NCBI GenBank assembly: GCA_040954595.2
Contig: CM082577.2
Coordinates: forward strand, 4,278,305-4,342,304
Reading direction: 5' to 3'
From: Balanoglossus misakiensis
Lineage: Eukaryota; Animalia; Hemichordata
Length of the DNA stretch: 64,000 bases
Both the position numbers and the translations under genes were made by a program. Shown here piece by piece: positions 1 to 21,835 of the stretch; within the stretch, counting starts at the first letter, position 1, and each line of letters opens with the position of its first letter. The notes beneath the pieces are model-generated. The model searched no databases, was not told the origin of the DNA, and saw nothing but the letters and a program-made list of their open reading frames with translations.

Positions 1-271
1 CAAGCGGGCATGCACACGACATGCACGTAGGCCATTCGCGTGGCTATCGAAAAGACAAAGTTAAATTGGGCTTTAAGGGTTTCGACACGTTCAACTGTAT
101 AAGTATATGTATAATTTCTTTCTCGTTCTCAATGCATTTCGGGTCACTGTACAGAAAATTATGTGGCCCTGTGTTTATATCCGTACAAAACACACTTCCT
201 TTTACACAGTAAGCCCCAATACCGATATGTCATCGTTGTGTGGATGATGGGGTTGTGACTGTACATGTGTA

Positions 272-363
272 TGAGAGAGAGAGGGGGGGGTGGGGTGGGA
301 GGGAGAGGGGGCGTTAACTCTGTGTTGAGAGAGAGGGGGAGAGAGAGAAAGGGGGGGGGGGGT
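272..363. repeat. GA/poly-G low-complexity tract (potential G-quadruplex)
   Basis: (GA)n and multiple G runs read directly. Confidence 0.7.
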
Positions 364-2939
364 GTTGTGACTGTTTTGCCTCTAAACATAAAGCATAGTC
401 AGAAACCATCCTAATAGGGGCTAACGGCCGACACTCGATGTCAGTGCTAAACCAGGTGCTGACACTCTTTACGTCCGCATCAGACAATTCTCCTTGGTTG
501 GAACAGTAACACTGAATTCGAGGTTTTCTTGTTTTTTTCATGTTCACTCCATCCAATCGCAAAATTGAGCAGAATTGTCGGTGCCCTCAGCGGACAACCA
601 TTTAGTCATAAAGTCATTGAACCTAAAACTAAAACAATGACGCGGAATTCGGACTCAGCGAGCCCGCGCCGATGACGTAAAACTATTGTTAGGAACTCGT
701 GGAAATTGGCTTTAACCCAACCATGAGCCATTCAAACTATCTGAGCTGAATAAGGTAATTAAAACTGTTCAAATTAATGTAGCGTATAATGTCGAATTCG
801 AGCTGCAACAAGTCAAAGTCGTTATAGAAGGGACTTTTAATTTCTTTGAGACTTGCCCAGTAAGTTTATGGGAACATGTCCGATATTCCCCGTGTGCAGA
901 AGATAACTAAGCATTTAAAAGCAAAACACGTAATCATGCCAGACAGACTTCGTTGACCTTCATTAAAACAGAAGGTTCTTTAAAAATGGCGACCCCTTTT
1001 TAAAAACTATTCTATTTTATTTTACTCGTGCACGTCATATTTGAAAGGAAGAAGATTTGCTTCTCATTTGAAGGTATCGATAATTGGTGTTATTCCAGTC
1101 AATGAAGTGATCAAAAACACATGATTGTGAATTGTTAGCAAGACTTTTATTTGGCGGGAATGAGGATTTCTATTTCTATCGATCTGCGAACTCAAAGTAC
1201 GTGTAATTAACTAGTCATTGAACCCACACATTTGCAAGTCATAGAATCATCACCACAAGTGGTTCGCGGGATGTCACATGACGTCATCAGGATTAAATTA
1301 TCATATCAGAAATGTTCGAAAACAGGACACAATCTCCGCGGTTTTTATCGTCTGTACGAGATTTTTTTTAAATATACCCATGCTTCAAAAAAAAAACTCA
1401 ACGTCTAAATTATGCTCCGATCTTGTCTCTCGATCTCTTCCCTTGGTTTAGATGATACTAGTATTCTGTGATGTATGAAATTTGAAGAATCTGTGGACGT
1501 ACGTTGAGGCGGTAGATGCAAAACCTCTTGATCGCGCCATGCACCTAGACCCAGTTCGCTCCATGCACGGGGGGATAACATAGGTTACATACGTAAATGT
1601 TCATCTATGTTCTATGTCGAGCAAAAATAATGTTTCGGCGATAACCATTATTTGCCAGTTGTGTGCACACGGCCACGAGGATATTTGGTGGAGCTATTGT
1701 GATTATAGGGTCAATGATCCCCCTGAGATCGTTGCAGACTTTTTCTCTCTAGAAGCTTGAGGAATCAACATTTTCAACCACCTGTTAATGCTTAGTTTGC
1801 ATGTAAATACTAATAGATGTGCTTGCTATTGGTATCTTGTGAACATGTGATAGTATGTGGCAGCAAACCTCCTAGTACTAGCACGTTGCATTGATGACAT
1901 GCTCGAGGGCCAATAACGTACGGTAGGATAAAAGTTCATGCAAGTTTAACACCATTTGAAGTTTAAGTGAACTGGGTACAATTCCCAAATCCCTTCATGC
2001 ACGCAACGTCTGATGAACACCTCATAAAATGATGAAATAATGAATTAACATTGACGTAATACCAGCATACATAGACCCTAGACAAGTGTTCAATGTACAG
2101 GCATGTGTCTTCACGCAGGGACCGACACGGACGTGCACCGGTCGATGGGCGCGGCGTCAGTTTTCCACTGTAAAGTGGAAAGAAATATTCAGGAGTAGCT
2201 GGAGGGGAGTGCTGGTAGTTCTGGGATGATAAACGATAGATAGTCTGCATTAATAATTTCGTCCCTTAAAAAAGTTCCCAGTGTTTACATTCTTCTAGCT
2301 CGATGGGTAGGTCGGAGTCGACTACCCTATGAACCACGCGCATGACAAAACTTCAAAACCCAGTCAACCACACGTATATCTTATTAGCATAACAAAAGCC
2401 ACAAATACAGGTCTTCTATTTGCATAACAAGGAGTGTTGTTTATCTTTGTTTGGTGTTGCCCCACTGGTACTGTCAAGACGTTCTCATTAGCGCAATTAT
2501 GAAGGAGCTGAGACGCGTTCACACTGTCTTTGCTCTTCAATCAAAAAACGCTACGTGAAACAATTAGCTCTTAATTTAACTTGGCAGATCATACCAATGC
2601 CATTCACGCACAGCAATGAATGGACAAAATCGAACACGAAAGAAGCCATCATGATGACGAAATGTAGGAGTCCCTAGGCCTACATGCTGTAAAAGTGTGC
2701 GTGTAGACGTCGGTTCATTTTGACATCGAATAATAACGTTTATATTTATTCGTCTTGCAACCTTTTCTATTTTGAGAATAAGGAAAACTGGTCATGTACA
2801 TTGATTAAAGTGAAAGAAAGTCAGGAAACGGGGACACTTTCAAATTCTATGTAAGTAGGCTGCAACGCCACGTCTTACGCTGTGACCTGATTTTATTAAC
2901 TCCGACTGGTGTCGCTGTCATTATAATAGACCATTCCAT

Positions 2940-3460
2940 ATATCAACCAATAAAAGGGCCTGTTACAAGGGGACTCTATTCGAACCCTGTCCCTAACAAC
3001 GAAAGGGCAGATTCGACCAATCGGAGACCCGCTCTCTATTTATGTGAGTTTGCTTGTTGCTACGTCTATCAACAAGCTCGATTGTGTATATTGGCGTGTG
3101 TTCTACACGTTACAGCATTTACTGCCTTGATATTTAACCGGGCTGCAGACTCTTTCATTGGAAATTTTGTCGAAAACATCGACGCCATTCAAGGGAGAAA
3201 GGTCTAAATATACTAAAGTAAGCTCAAAACACAGTGGCCAGCAAACAGCTTTAAATTTGCCACATCTTTTTCGAGATCGAGATCATTTTCGATAAATTTG
3301 AGAGTTCGTCGTTCGATCAGCTGTCGAGTCCGTCCGACAATAATCATTGCAGCACTGCCACTGCCGGAGCCGAAGTGCCTCGAAAATACAGACCGCTTTG
3401 TGTAGTACAGATTTCAATTCAGTACGAGACAGAGCAGAGTACAGGTCGAGAAGGTGAGTT
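2940..3460 (+). promoter_or_regulatory. Putative FoxJ1 promoter / non-coding first exon region
   Basis: CCAAT boxes at 2947 and 3017; RFX half-site-like CCCTAACAAC at 2991-3000. Candidate donors AA|GTAAGC (3218) and AG|GTGAGT (3454). AG acceptors at 3980, 3998 and 4007 lie just before the ATG. TSS not determinable. Confidence 0.4.
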
Positions 3461-4010
3461 ATTCATTTTCTTCCGAAATAAATACGAAATTGTGCAGGTA
3501 AAGTTGGTTCTGTCAGTGGGTCACATTACAAGCTTGACAGTGTTTACAACACAGCATTCCCCGTACCGTTCAGTGTGTCGGCTACTGTCTGCAACAGCAT
3601 GTTTTCGTATTAAAGTTAAAGTGCTGCCCTAATCTTTTTATTGCAGAAATGATCACTGAAGTGAGCGATAACAAGCTTAAATTTACCTTTTTTCTTTTAA
3701 AATGAGAGAAAAAATAATTTCTTTTGGATGGAACAGACGCGCGATCGCGAAAGGAAATGCACTCACTGACACGTACTCTACTCTTCTGTGGTTCCGCCTA
3801 TTTTTTATGAAGAGGTCGACACTTTGCATATATTGATTAGGTGTACCTTTACAGGCGACTTATCACGATACATTATAGAGCTGAGCTCCATTTCACATCT
3901 TGGGAGATTTTAGTCTCCAACGTTTATCGAGTTTTATTTTGTGCTAACCCTCTTATTATTTTCGGAATTTGAATCGGCAGATACACAATTTTATTTAGAG
4001 TCTTCAGCGA

Positions 4011-11825
<7,815 letters not shown>

Positions 11826-14800
11826 AGGAAATTTAATTTCTACAGAGAAGAATGTGAACCAAAACATTCATCCGCTGCGACAGCACATATGAACGACACG
11901 ATCGAACCTCGCAATGCTAGGTTCGAGATTCGTGACACGAGTGGCTATATTAGTATACCCTCAAATGCAGTGTGTGGTCGTGTGCATGAAGGGGGGAGGG
12001 GGGGAGAGTTAAAAAAGAAATCGTGAACTTTCATGCAAATGAGAAAACAAACACCCCCACAGTTTTCTTGCATTGTGGTTTTGAGTTTTGACATAATACA
12101 CGCCGTCCATTATGCAACATTTCTCTCTCCCTGAGCAGAGGGTGAAAAACTTCAGAAAGAGTTGCTGAAACATTTCAGAGTGTCCTTTTTTTTCATCTCC
12201 TATCAAGAAAAGAGTAAGTTAAAAATTCTAAAATTTACAGAAAATTTAAATGAAAAAACAACAACAACCAATGCCTTAACGGCCATAAATTAAATTAAAA
12301 TCTTCCTGTGTGTGTTTTATAGTGTATAAATCAAGTTAAGAAAGCAATGCTTAGAGTATTCTATTTATATACAGAATTGCGGACATGCAGGTTTCAGTGT
12401 CAGCAAATGTATTTAGCAAATGTCAAGTATTTGTACAGGATTTCAGAAAAAAATGAAGTGAAAACTGTGATGTAACCACTGAGTGATTGCTCAGCAAATT
12501 CATGGTGTGTACACACGCCAGCGCACAGCAACAAGCAATAGTTAATACAATGTCATGTAAATTTCAAATGTCAATTTCATCAAACATTTATTAACGCTGG
12601 GAAATTGCACTAATTAGATAGTGAATAACCCAATTTTAACATCCATCCAGAACAAACGTATTGAAATATGTAAATACAATAGATTTTTTCCGTCCATTGG
12701 ATTCATAATACTTTAAAAAAGAATGAGAATTTACTGTAATACTTAAAAAAACCTGTCCCTCGTAGTTGTTGGGTCAGAATTATCGTTCTGAAAACCTCAA
12801 CTGGGGCAGTCACTCTATTTTTCTACTTAAATATTGTAAGTTACTCCTGATGATAGTTTGGTGTGTGGGTTGGTTTGCTTTGTAACCTTGGTATACGTGT
12901 CAGCCGTTTCAGAACCAGCGAATGCTCCCATTTGAACTATGCATAGAAAAAAATCTGAAAAGCTTAATTGCCTTGGACAGACCCTTGTAAAGGTTATAGG
13001 CAGCAAGTTGTGACATGAAAATTTGTGGTTTATGTGCGACTTTGCAAAGAGGTGTAAAACTGAGGGGGTCAGGCGTGCAATCTCCAAGCCACCAGAGAAT
13101 ATATCTATCAATTTTTAATTTCGACAAATTGAATTCCGCTTTTGTTTCACGTATTGCAACATCACCTGTAACAGCTAAGAATAGCCGGCAATTAGGGGTG
13201 AAAAAAACAACAAACAATTGCACGTTTTTGTCTTGAAGTGAAAGTGTAGTCAGCATATTCTATCAAAGAGAGGAGTAAATATTTGACTACGAGAGAATGG
13301 CAAATTCACACAGACCCCATTTATTTAGTCGACTAAAGCCTGAGTCATTACAGTATTTGCTGCGGAGAGAACAAATTTAAAAGGACTCCAGTTTAAAAGG
13401 CTTCTATAAACATATGGATTGTTCGCAGAGCGTCTTTTCGAATGCAAATTTCCAAAGCGACATTGTGCCCCTGCTCCAAGTTATTCATCTTGTAACCCAG
13501 TGGGCCAAGAAAGCCGGTTCTTTCATATGCAAATGCATGGAAAGAATCAATGTCGATATCCAAGCGTCACTCAATACAGGGGCCTTGCAGCGTTTGTAAG
13601 CGCCCACTTCAGGGTGATATATTTTTTTTTTGACAAACCGAGGGGTTCTTCTCTATGATGCTAGGGACATTCCTGTCTCTTCTGAAATGGCTGCCATGGT
13701 CGTGTTGAGCATAAAAAAACTCCAGTTTATTTAACGCCAGCAAGGTTGTACATTATTAATATGTTGGTGAGAGGGACTGGACTCCCCTGTATAATGAAAG
13801 GTCTGTGTTCTTGTCAGGGCTGCAGTTAATACTACTTGGACAAAATTTGTCCTAAGGCGGAAAAAATTGCTGATTAATATATGGTGTACTTAAAACTGTG
13901 CAGCTCTTCTCAAAGAATGTACAAATCTGTCATATGCAGAAAATTTTCATTTTTTAAAAGAAGTATTCCGTTCACAAACTTTGCAATAACAGGGATTTAG
14001 TTTTTATTTTATTTTCCAATAAAACCATTGTACAGATTGCTGTATAGGAAAAAAGAAAACACAAAAACACACAAAAAAATATCAAAAATACGTCTTGATA
14101 AATGTGCCGACTGCTTACATGTATAACTTATGCGAGCTATAAACTGACTGTTTTGTTCAGTCAGAAGTGGTTTGGTTTCACTGACGATCAGACTTGGGGG
14201 TTGGGGATGGAGGGAGGGATGAGGGTGGGGACGAGGGGTGGGGAGGGAGTGATCAGTTTGTGTTGTACTTTTCTGAAGTGGATTCTATTTTTCACTTAAA
14301 CATTGAGAACACTAGCTGTTGGTGTGCAGTGTCGAAACAAATAAAGACAAAACAAGTGTGATAAAAACTTACCCACATTGCTTCTGTCTTCTGTTTTCTC
14401 ATTCCTCTCAGAATGTTTTTTGGGGAAATTTGTTTTCACCAATGCTGTGCTGGATACCATCAAACCAAGAAAATGTAAAACTAAATTTCTTGCTCTTTGA
14501 ATGTCAATGAAAAACAAACAAATTTAAGTAAACCATGATTAAATGAAATACTATAATATCCATACCTGCAGCACTAAAAATTCGGTGAAAACAAACACCC
14601 ATAATTTTATTCAGTCTCTCTATGGTTGATAAATATATGGGACCAATCTTACTGTTTGACTCAAAAAACACAAAAATAGTGTCTCTAGCTTCTATAACAA
14701 AACAATCATCGTAAAAGAAATGGAAAAAAAAACCTATGAATTGTGAGTTGCAGACCAGTGTTATAGCCAAGGGACGCAAGGGGACCCACCTGTGACAGAA

Positions 14801-14927
14801 GATTCCATCACTGGAAGCTGAGACAAAATATTTGATATGAGAATAAAGTGCAAATCATGATGATGAAGCTACAAAAATAGATATGCACTCTGGTGTAACT
14901 GTTCCCAAAAAGGTTTTCATTTCAGAA

Positions 14928-14941
14928 GTTACCATAGCGAC
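14928..14941. promoter_or_regulatory. RFX X-box-like motif GTTACCATAGCGAC
   Basis: One deviation from GTYRCCATRGYAAC; lies 3' of FoxJ1. Confidence 0.35.
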
Positions 14942-15811
14942 ACAACAAATGCCTATGGATGGTGACGCAAGGGAGACTGATTATTAACTTTAATTAAAAG
15001 AAAGAACCATGGGTATTAAATCACAGCATGCTCAAAGGGGTCCAACTTAATCTCTGATCTGTTTTTTAATACTTGACTAAATCCGCTTTGGGGGCATTGC
15101 CACTGAATTCCACGATCGCTATGCTTCGGGGAGATCTATTGTCCCATTGTGTGAGTCAGTCCACATAATGTCAAAAAGTAAAGGCTGTGATGCAATTGTT
15201 GTTGTTTGGGCAGTCATGACAACTAGGAATTCGGACAGCAGAGGTTGGCGTGGGTGGGGAGGTAGAAAGGGGGGGGGGGGGTGTCACGCATTTGAACTTT
15301 GACATTGTTTGAATTTGTGTTTTATGCTGGGTTTTGTGTTATCGTAGAGCAAACAGGGGGAACAGTGTGGTCCCAGATAGCCATCAGGTGGTTGTCAGTG
15401 TCATATTCAAGGGTAGTGTGCAGACTGACATTCATCACCTGCATACCCTCAGTCTGCCTGACAAATATTGTTCGACTATCATTGATTCCTGTTGACACAA
15501 ATCAGCTGCTGTTGACTGAAATCCGGCCCCTTCTGTTTGTTAATTCCTCTGAGGCTCAGGTTTAACCTGGGCCCTGTGTTTTTAAAGTTAAAAGAAAACG
15601 GGGACACCGATCTAACAGGTGACTGTTATGGCTACGTCGGTTGGCAGTTGATAGCAGACACCACTGCACGTGATCACTGATTGCTGTGTCTCTATCAGAT
15701 AACACAATCAGGAATTGTCCCAGCAAAACTAAATTTAGATATGAGACATCGGCATACTTCTCCCAAAAGAAACTGAAAAGCACCTCGAGCAAAGTCTACT
15801 GTATCTGTGAT

Positions 15812-15902
15812 TTAACTTTCACCCCTATTTTCCTGTAGAGAGGTCCAACTTTTCCCTAGAAAACAATGGATTTGGACCAAACCATGGTGGTTAAAGAGTT
15901 AA
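15812..15902. mobile_element. piggyBac-like TTAA MITE copy (degenerate)
   Basis: TTAA...GGTGGTTAAAGAG-TTAA; internal sequence clearly similar to the copies at 23914 and 25034. Confidence 0.6.
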
Positions 15903-18063
15903 ACAAATTGATGACTGGAACAGTCAGGTTTCAAATCCAAATGGTCTTACAATGATTACAAAATCAATTGAAACATTTCTTTTCTGTATAATGTTACCCT
16001 GTTAAAAAAATGCACGCATTCCAATATCTTCCAATCTATGACTTAGTACAACTTTCCTGATTGGACAGGCTCCTCCAGCCAATCAACCAATCAAATTAAA
16101 ACACACATCTTTGAAAATCAATAGATTTCAAGGGGGGAGGGGTTGAGTAACCCAGCTATTGTTGTGTGGTGAGAAATATGTTCTCTTCGACTCATTTTTT
16201 GGACATTTTCAAAACAGTTTAGAGCACATATTGTCTATGACTCAATCACATGAGGGAAAAATACTAAATCTATGAAACCAAATTATTTAATAATATGTTT
16301 AAGTCTATTAGCAAAAATGTTTATATCAGTATTTGGATATATAGTCACAAGAGACAATTGCTCTTAAAAATCGTTTTTACAAGTTGTGCTTTCTATAAAC
16401 TAAGCAAGTAAATTTCATACTGAATAAAAACTCTTATCTTCCTTGTAATATATGATGACATTGTTTATTTTTGTATTATGAAGGCCGTAATTAATTGGCA
16501 AGAAAAAACTGACGACCGTATATTAAAATTTAATATCTTCTGAAGTCTTTCAATATAAAAAAAACCAGCAAATTACTCCTGAAATAATTAGTTTACACTG
16601 ACCTTGGAAAATGATGCATTTTTAACCTGTCCTGTTCTTGCTAAGCTGTCATTTCAAAAACTCGCATGTGAACATATTAATTTTTACACGAGCAGTTTGT
16701 CAGTCTCACCTGTTGACTATGGTGAGCATGAGACTGATTGTTCGATATAAAGCCTGATTGTAATGCAATATGCTTTTTTTGTCAAAATTATTTCAAGCAA
16801 ATATTCAGACCATACATAGCTGTATAATGACTCTGAAAACGCTACATAAATCCCATACAATGCAAATGGAGGTGTGATAATTGCTATCTTTCCCCAAAGG
16901 ACAGAATGCTTCAAGACTGTCACTATTAATTTTCCTTTTCTTTGATCCCATTTGCCAACGACAGGATATTATTCTTTTTGGGCGCACGCTATTCCATCAA
17001 ATTAATACATCCTGTTTTTATTTCACGCACTGTTGGTGTTGGAATCGCTGTCTTTGAAGTGCTGTGGTAATGCAAATACTGAAATTTTTGATCCACTTTA
17101 TTCAACTGAAAAATAGAAACATAACACTCTGGATAATGGTTAAAGGATGCAAGAAAGCCAGTCACTTTGATCATATCCTTGATAAGTTCGGATTCACCCA
17201 AAAGCCATAAATTAATTTACTTTTCACAGAATTACTTCATAATTTTATTTTACGCAACAAATTGATTTAGTGTTGACGTTTCCCCCAAATTCATCTAAAA
17301 TAGAGCACTCCATTAAAAATTACCAGAAAGTGAAAATTGGGATACGACAATTTTTGTGGGGATCGAGTCAATAATGAAAGGCTTAGATCATCGTACATGA
17401 AAGAGTGACACTCATAATTGTAAAATAATAATTATTGACACTGCTATGAGTCACTGGCAGTGCGCTAATCAAAAGACAATATTAATTCAGGAAATTGATG
17501 TCTTCATTTAAAACTAGTGTATTTTTTATCAGAAATGCTGCCTTCATTTTGACGGTCAACAAAGGCTATTGGTAATAAGCGATGGACGGTAAAGAGGTAT
17601 AGGGTGACCTTTTGTTAGTTTATTACAGTCATAGCAGAGTACATGTAATAACCTAGGGCAATAACCTCTGCAAAAACTATCCATTTCTATAACGAAAATG
17701 ATGATAACACTCAGATAAAATTCAAAGCTGGTCATAAAAATATATGTTACTGTATTTTCAATGAGAAACAGTAACAGAGTAAACAACAAACAAGATCATA
17801 AGGTAAAAAAGTTTATTATTTTTTTAGCAAGAATGTGCAAATTGAGTGTAATCATTTCAGCTTTAATTTCAAACACTTTTGTTCCTTTTATGGTAAATTT
17901 TTGAGGCCTTTATCCTATCTCACACAGTGTGGTAAAGTGAATTGTACATGTCTGGGATGGTGTAACAATTTTACCATAAGTGTCATTTTTACAGTGACGT
18001 TTTCCAGATCAATGCGCTGTACATCCACGTAATTTGTCAGTGAAAGAAGCTTGCTTCATAGCC

Positions 18064-18092
18064 ATTGCTATGGTAATGGTTGCCATGGCAGC
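18064..18092. promoter_or_regulatory. Tandem RFX X-box-like motifs
   Basis: ATTGCTATGGTAAT (18064-18077) immediately followed by GTTGCCATGGCAGC (18079-18092, one mismatch from GTTGCCATGGCAAC). Confidence 0.45.
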
Positions 18093-21000
18093 ACTCTGAT
18101 AAGTCTTCAAAATGACCACATTTTCACATTCATTGTGTGTGTGTGTGTGATGTGTACAAGGTCTCCAGCGGAAGTTTCCATCTGTCATTATGTTTACGGA
18201 TGTCTGTAAATCAAAGAGGCTGTCAACCATGGATGGTGTACAGGTAATAAAAATGACTGGCAAATATGGGACCAGATACACACAGTGAACAAACAGTCTT
18301 TTGTATGGTAGTAGCTTTCCTGTAAGATGAGAAGGACTACTACGCCAAGAAAAAAATATTGTCACATCACAGAGATCGAGGCAGTAATTTTGTGACAGCT
18401 TTGCCACCACTGCAGATTGTTTGTTCTCAAAGCAGAAAAAAAAAGTTAAACGGCCACAACAAACAAATGGATTTCATTGACTTTTATTTTAAAATGTGTG
18501 TTATGGATTGGATCCGAGTACAGTAAGTCTGAGTATAGCTAAGAGTGACTTTGAATGCATATACATGTATACTACTCATTGCAAATTTTGAAGAAAAAAA
18601 ACCCACCACAAATATTTAATTTTACAGCGTGTACTTTTATGATAGTGATTGCTGCCAAGTTTAATTACTGCCATTAAATAAATGTGTATGTCAGGCGGTG
18701 TAGAGCTACAATCTGAAATTCTACAATAATACTTGTACGCTTGATTCCAATTCAAAATAAGTGACACCCATTCTACATTAAGGGGTAATGCAGAAAATAA
18801 ACATTCCCGATGACAGAAAAATATTCTTTATTCCTTAACTTGTAAACTGAAGTATTAGAGTACAGGGTGACTGAGGGAAGCGTAATTGTTTGTCCATGTT
18901 GAGATATTCAGGATATTGATGAAGGTTTTGAAGTGTGTTTGTGAATCTACACACACGTATGCAGCACCTACCGGTACTCGCACAATATGCATTTCCGGAG
19001 ACGAAGAAAAATCTCGCCTTTCCATGGCATATGCCAAGACTGAATCAACAGGATACCAGTTGAGGTCTGCTACAAACTGCCGACAATTAGCTTTATTACA
19101 GTTTACAGCCGCAGTTAGGAATTTTTAAAAGGTGGGCTAATTGGTATGCTGTTCCCCAACTACAGATGGGAATATAACGGCCAGGAATGTGTAATTATGT
19201 GATGACCTGATTTCGTGCAAGGCGCAAGGAAGTAATTACGTCAAACAGGTTGCATAGATGAATGTGTTATGGATTCTTTTAGACACAGAACCAACTGTAG
19301 CATCGATAATGAGTTATTGCCTGCATGTATTTCTGAGTGTCAATCAAAATTGTGTTTTCATGCAGGTGTGATATAACTGCATTTAACGACCGATTGACTG
19401 GAAACCGATTCTTAAGACTTAATGGCTGCAAGGAATGATGGGAGAACTTACAGTCACCTACAAGGCACAGTCAGAAATTTTTTTAAAAATAGAATATATT
19501 TTATGATTTGACCAGAAAGTTCACCACCAAATCACATTCATTGACATTAACACTGGGCATTATAAAAACTTATCAATGGAATAATTTGTTGCTTGTAATG
19601 ATAGAAAAAAAGATTTTGAAGACATTAATGCAGTGGTACTATTATTGTGGCATGAGAAAAAAACGTCAGCGTCAAAGAAAAATCCTACAGGTTTGACAAT
19701 CCCATAATCAAATATAATCAGAATGAAAGGGCACGAACAAGGCTAGGTTATAATGGTTTATTTATCACAACAAGCAGGGTACCTTTCGGATGGAATTGCT
19801 TTTGAAAGTACACGCCACTTCCTTCACTATGAATGGGATTCCTCACCTGAAGGTTGAATTAATTTATCATGAAATGTTTACCGCAGCTAAGTCACGGCCA
19901 TGAATACCCTTGAGGGGTCAACATCAGGTCGCAAATAATCTTGTGGATGTCGGCGATGTGAAACGAGTGTGCGGTCTACAAGCTGTAATGTCACTGCCAA
20001 TTCTGTGTTTAATGGATCACCCTTGTGGGGAGAATGGCAATCAGATTGGAGAGCTACACTGCAATTTATTAGCTCAATTTTCATGACATCTAGTTCTGTC
20101 AATTCCACTTTAATCTGCAAAAATACGATATAATGGTGTCAATCTCAGTTCCACAAAATCAAAGTAGGCACACGACTCTAAATGTGTCTTTGATGACTGT
20201 ATTCCGAATTTCTTTAACCTTGGTTTTCAAATTTTGTAAAAATTACAAGTAGGAGTTTCAAGATAAGCTGTCATGGTTGATACTTCATCACATTTTTGTA
20301 CACAAGGCCTATGAGATTTAAAGCACTGTGAAATAATATTCATATTGTAGACTGATTCATAGGATGATCTGGCTGCTGGACAGAGGTTGAATTAGATTTT
20401 ATTTGAACCAAAATAAGAAAGATGTATAAGTATTCATGAAATTGTTTCTAATTGTGCAAGGAATATTTATTCAGGACTATTTTTATTGACAACTAAAAAA
20501 AACTGAAAGAACTGGAGGCTAGCTGTTCTTTGCCTGCAAGGGCACTTCAGTGCTGAAGAGAGTTAAAAAAAGATAACAAAAAATTGCTTTGAATGCTGCT
20601 TAAAATCATGGCTGGTTCTCTCTGCTCGATCAATCTGACAGATTCCTGCCATGTGGACGTTAGTATTGACTTTTTAAAAAAATGACCTTTTTATTACAGT
20701 GTTCATGATGCACTCATACAGAGTAAATATTGAAGGTAGGGTAGTTATTTGATGTCATTCTCACCACTCTGTCTGTTTATTGTCCTAGCAAATATAGCGG
20801 ATCGTTCTTTGATTCATTCAAGACGTTTCTAGTCATTTTTTGTCAATACCAAATATGGCATTGAAATTCAAACAAAAGTCAGGCGTTACCATACTGCATA
20901 CATGATGTATGTCTTTGAAACATGTAACACATTGTAAAGAAATTCTTACATGCTATGAATAGTCAGAATGATAATTTTCTGATTTGTTCAAAAATTTGTT

Positions 21001-21734
21001 TTTTCTGTCTAAGTAAAATTGTTGTTCTGAAATGGATTTCATAATAAAAATATTACCGTACATAAAGTCTCACACAAACAGTGTGACAGATGCCTAGCCT
21101 GCAGTTTAAGCCAAGTTGAATGTCTGAAGTCGAAGGTATATAACGGTTGATGGGCCAAATGTTATTCATACAACAGTCAACACATCAGTGTGGCAATCTT
21201 CCATTGTTGGCGTGGCTGTATCTATTATCTCCACTTTCTTTGTAAACGTCAAGGTGTGTTGCGAAAAGGATAGCAACAAAATTCCTTGGACTTGCGTCCT
21301 TGGATGTTGTGTATTCCGGTATTGTCTGGACTATGTAGCATGGAAAGGCAACACCCACCACTGTGTGAGAGGGTCTCTGAATCCGATAGTTTGTCAATAA
21401 CTTTTATAAGACACAAACTGCACATCCGACAGAACCATGAATCTGTCAGACAGAAAACCACCTTTCATCAAATCTACCACAATGGTGACATTGATTTTTA
21501 TAATCTTTGCCACCAAGACAGTAGAGATGCCATTTTATATCAATGGTTAATTAAAAAAAGAAGACGTGAAATAGAGTTTCTTGTTTGTCAGAAAAAAATC
21601 TGATAATTTATTTAGACACCGATACAAAATATTTAACTAAAACAATACACTGATGTTGAAAATGTCTTTAGGGCGTTTTCAGTACCTAAGAAGGCGAGGG
21701 TCATATTTACAGTTAAAGAATTGCCCTGGATCCC

Positions 21735-21835
21735 ACCCTGATCAGGTACTTCGAACTCCCTAAGTTGTAGTGTATTTTTGAGTATAGAAGTCTTGCAACA
21801 CTACCAAACAAAGTACACTAGTATCAGATCAGGGT
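21735..21835. mobile_element. Possible ~100-bp MITE
   Basis: ACCCTGATCAGGTACT vs AGTATCAGATCAGGGT (imperfect 16-bp TIR). Confidence 0.35.

Noticed and set aside
314-700. Possible first exon of a minus-strand gene (MKKTRKPRIQCYCSNQ...) with promoter-like motifs
   Set aside because: No recognisable protein, weak donor, and no downstream context in the window.
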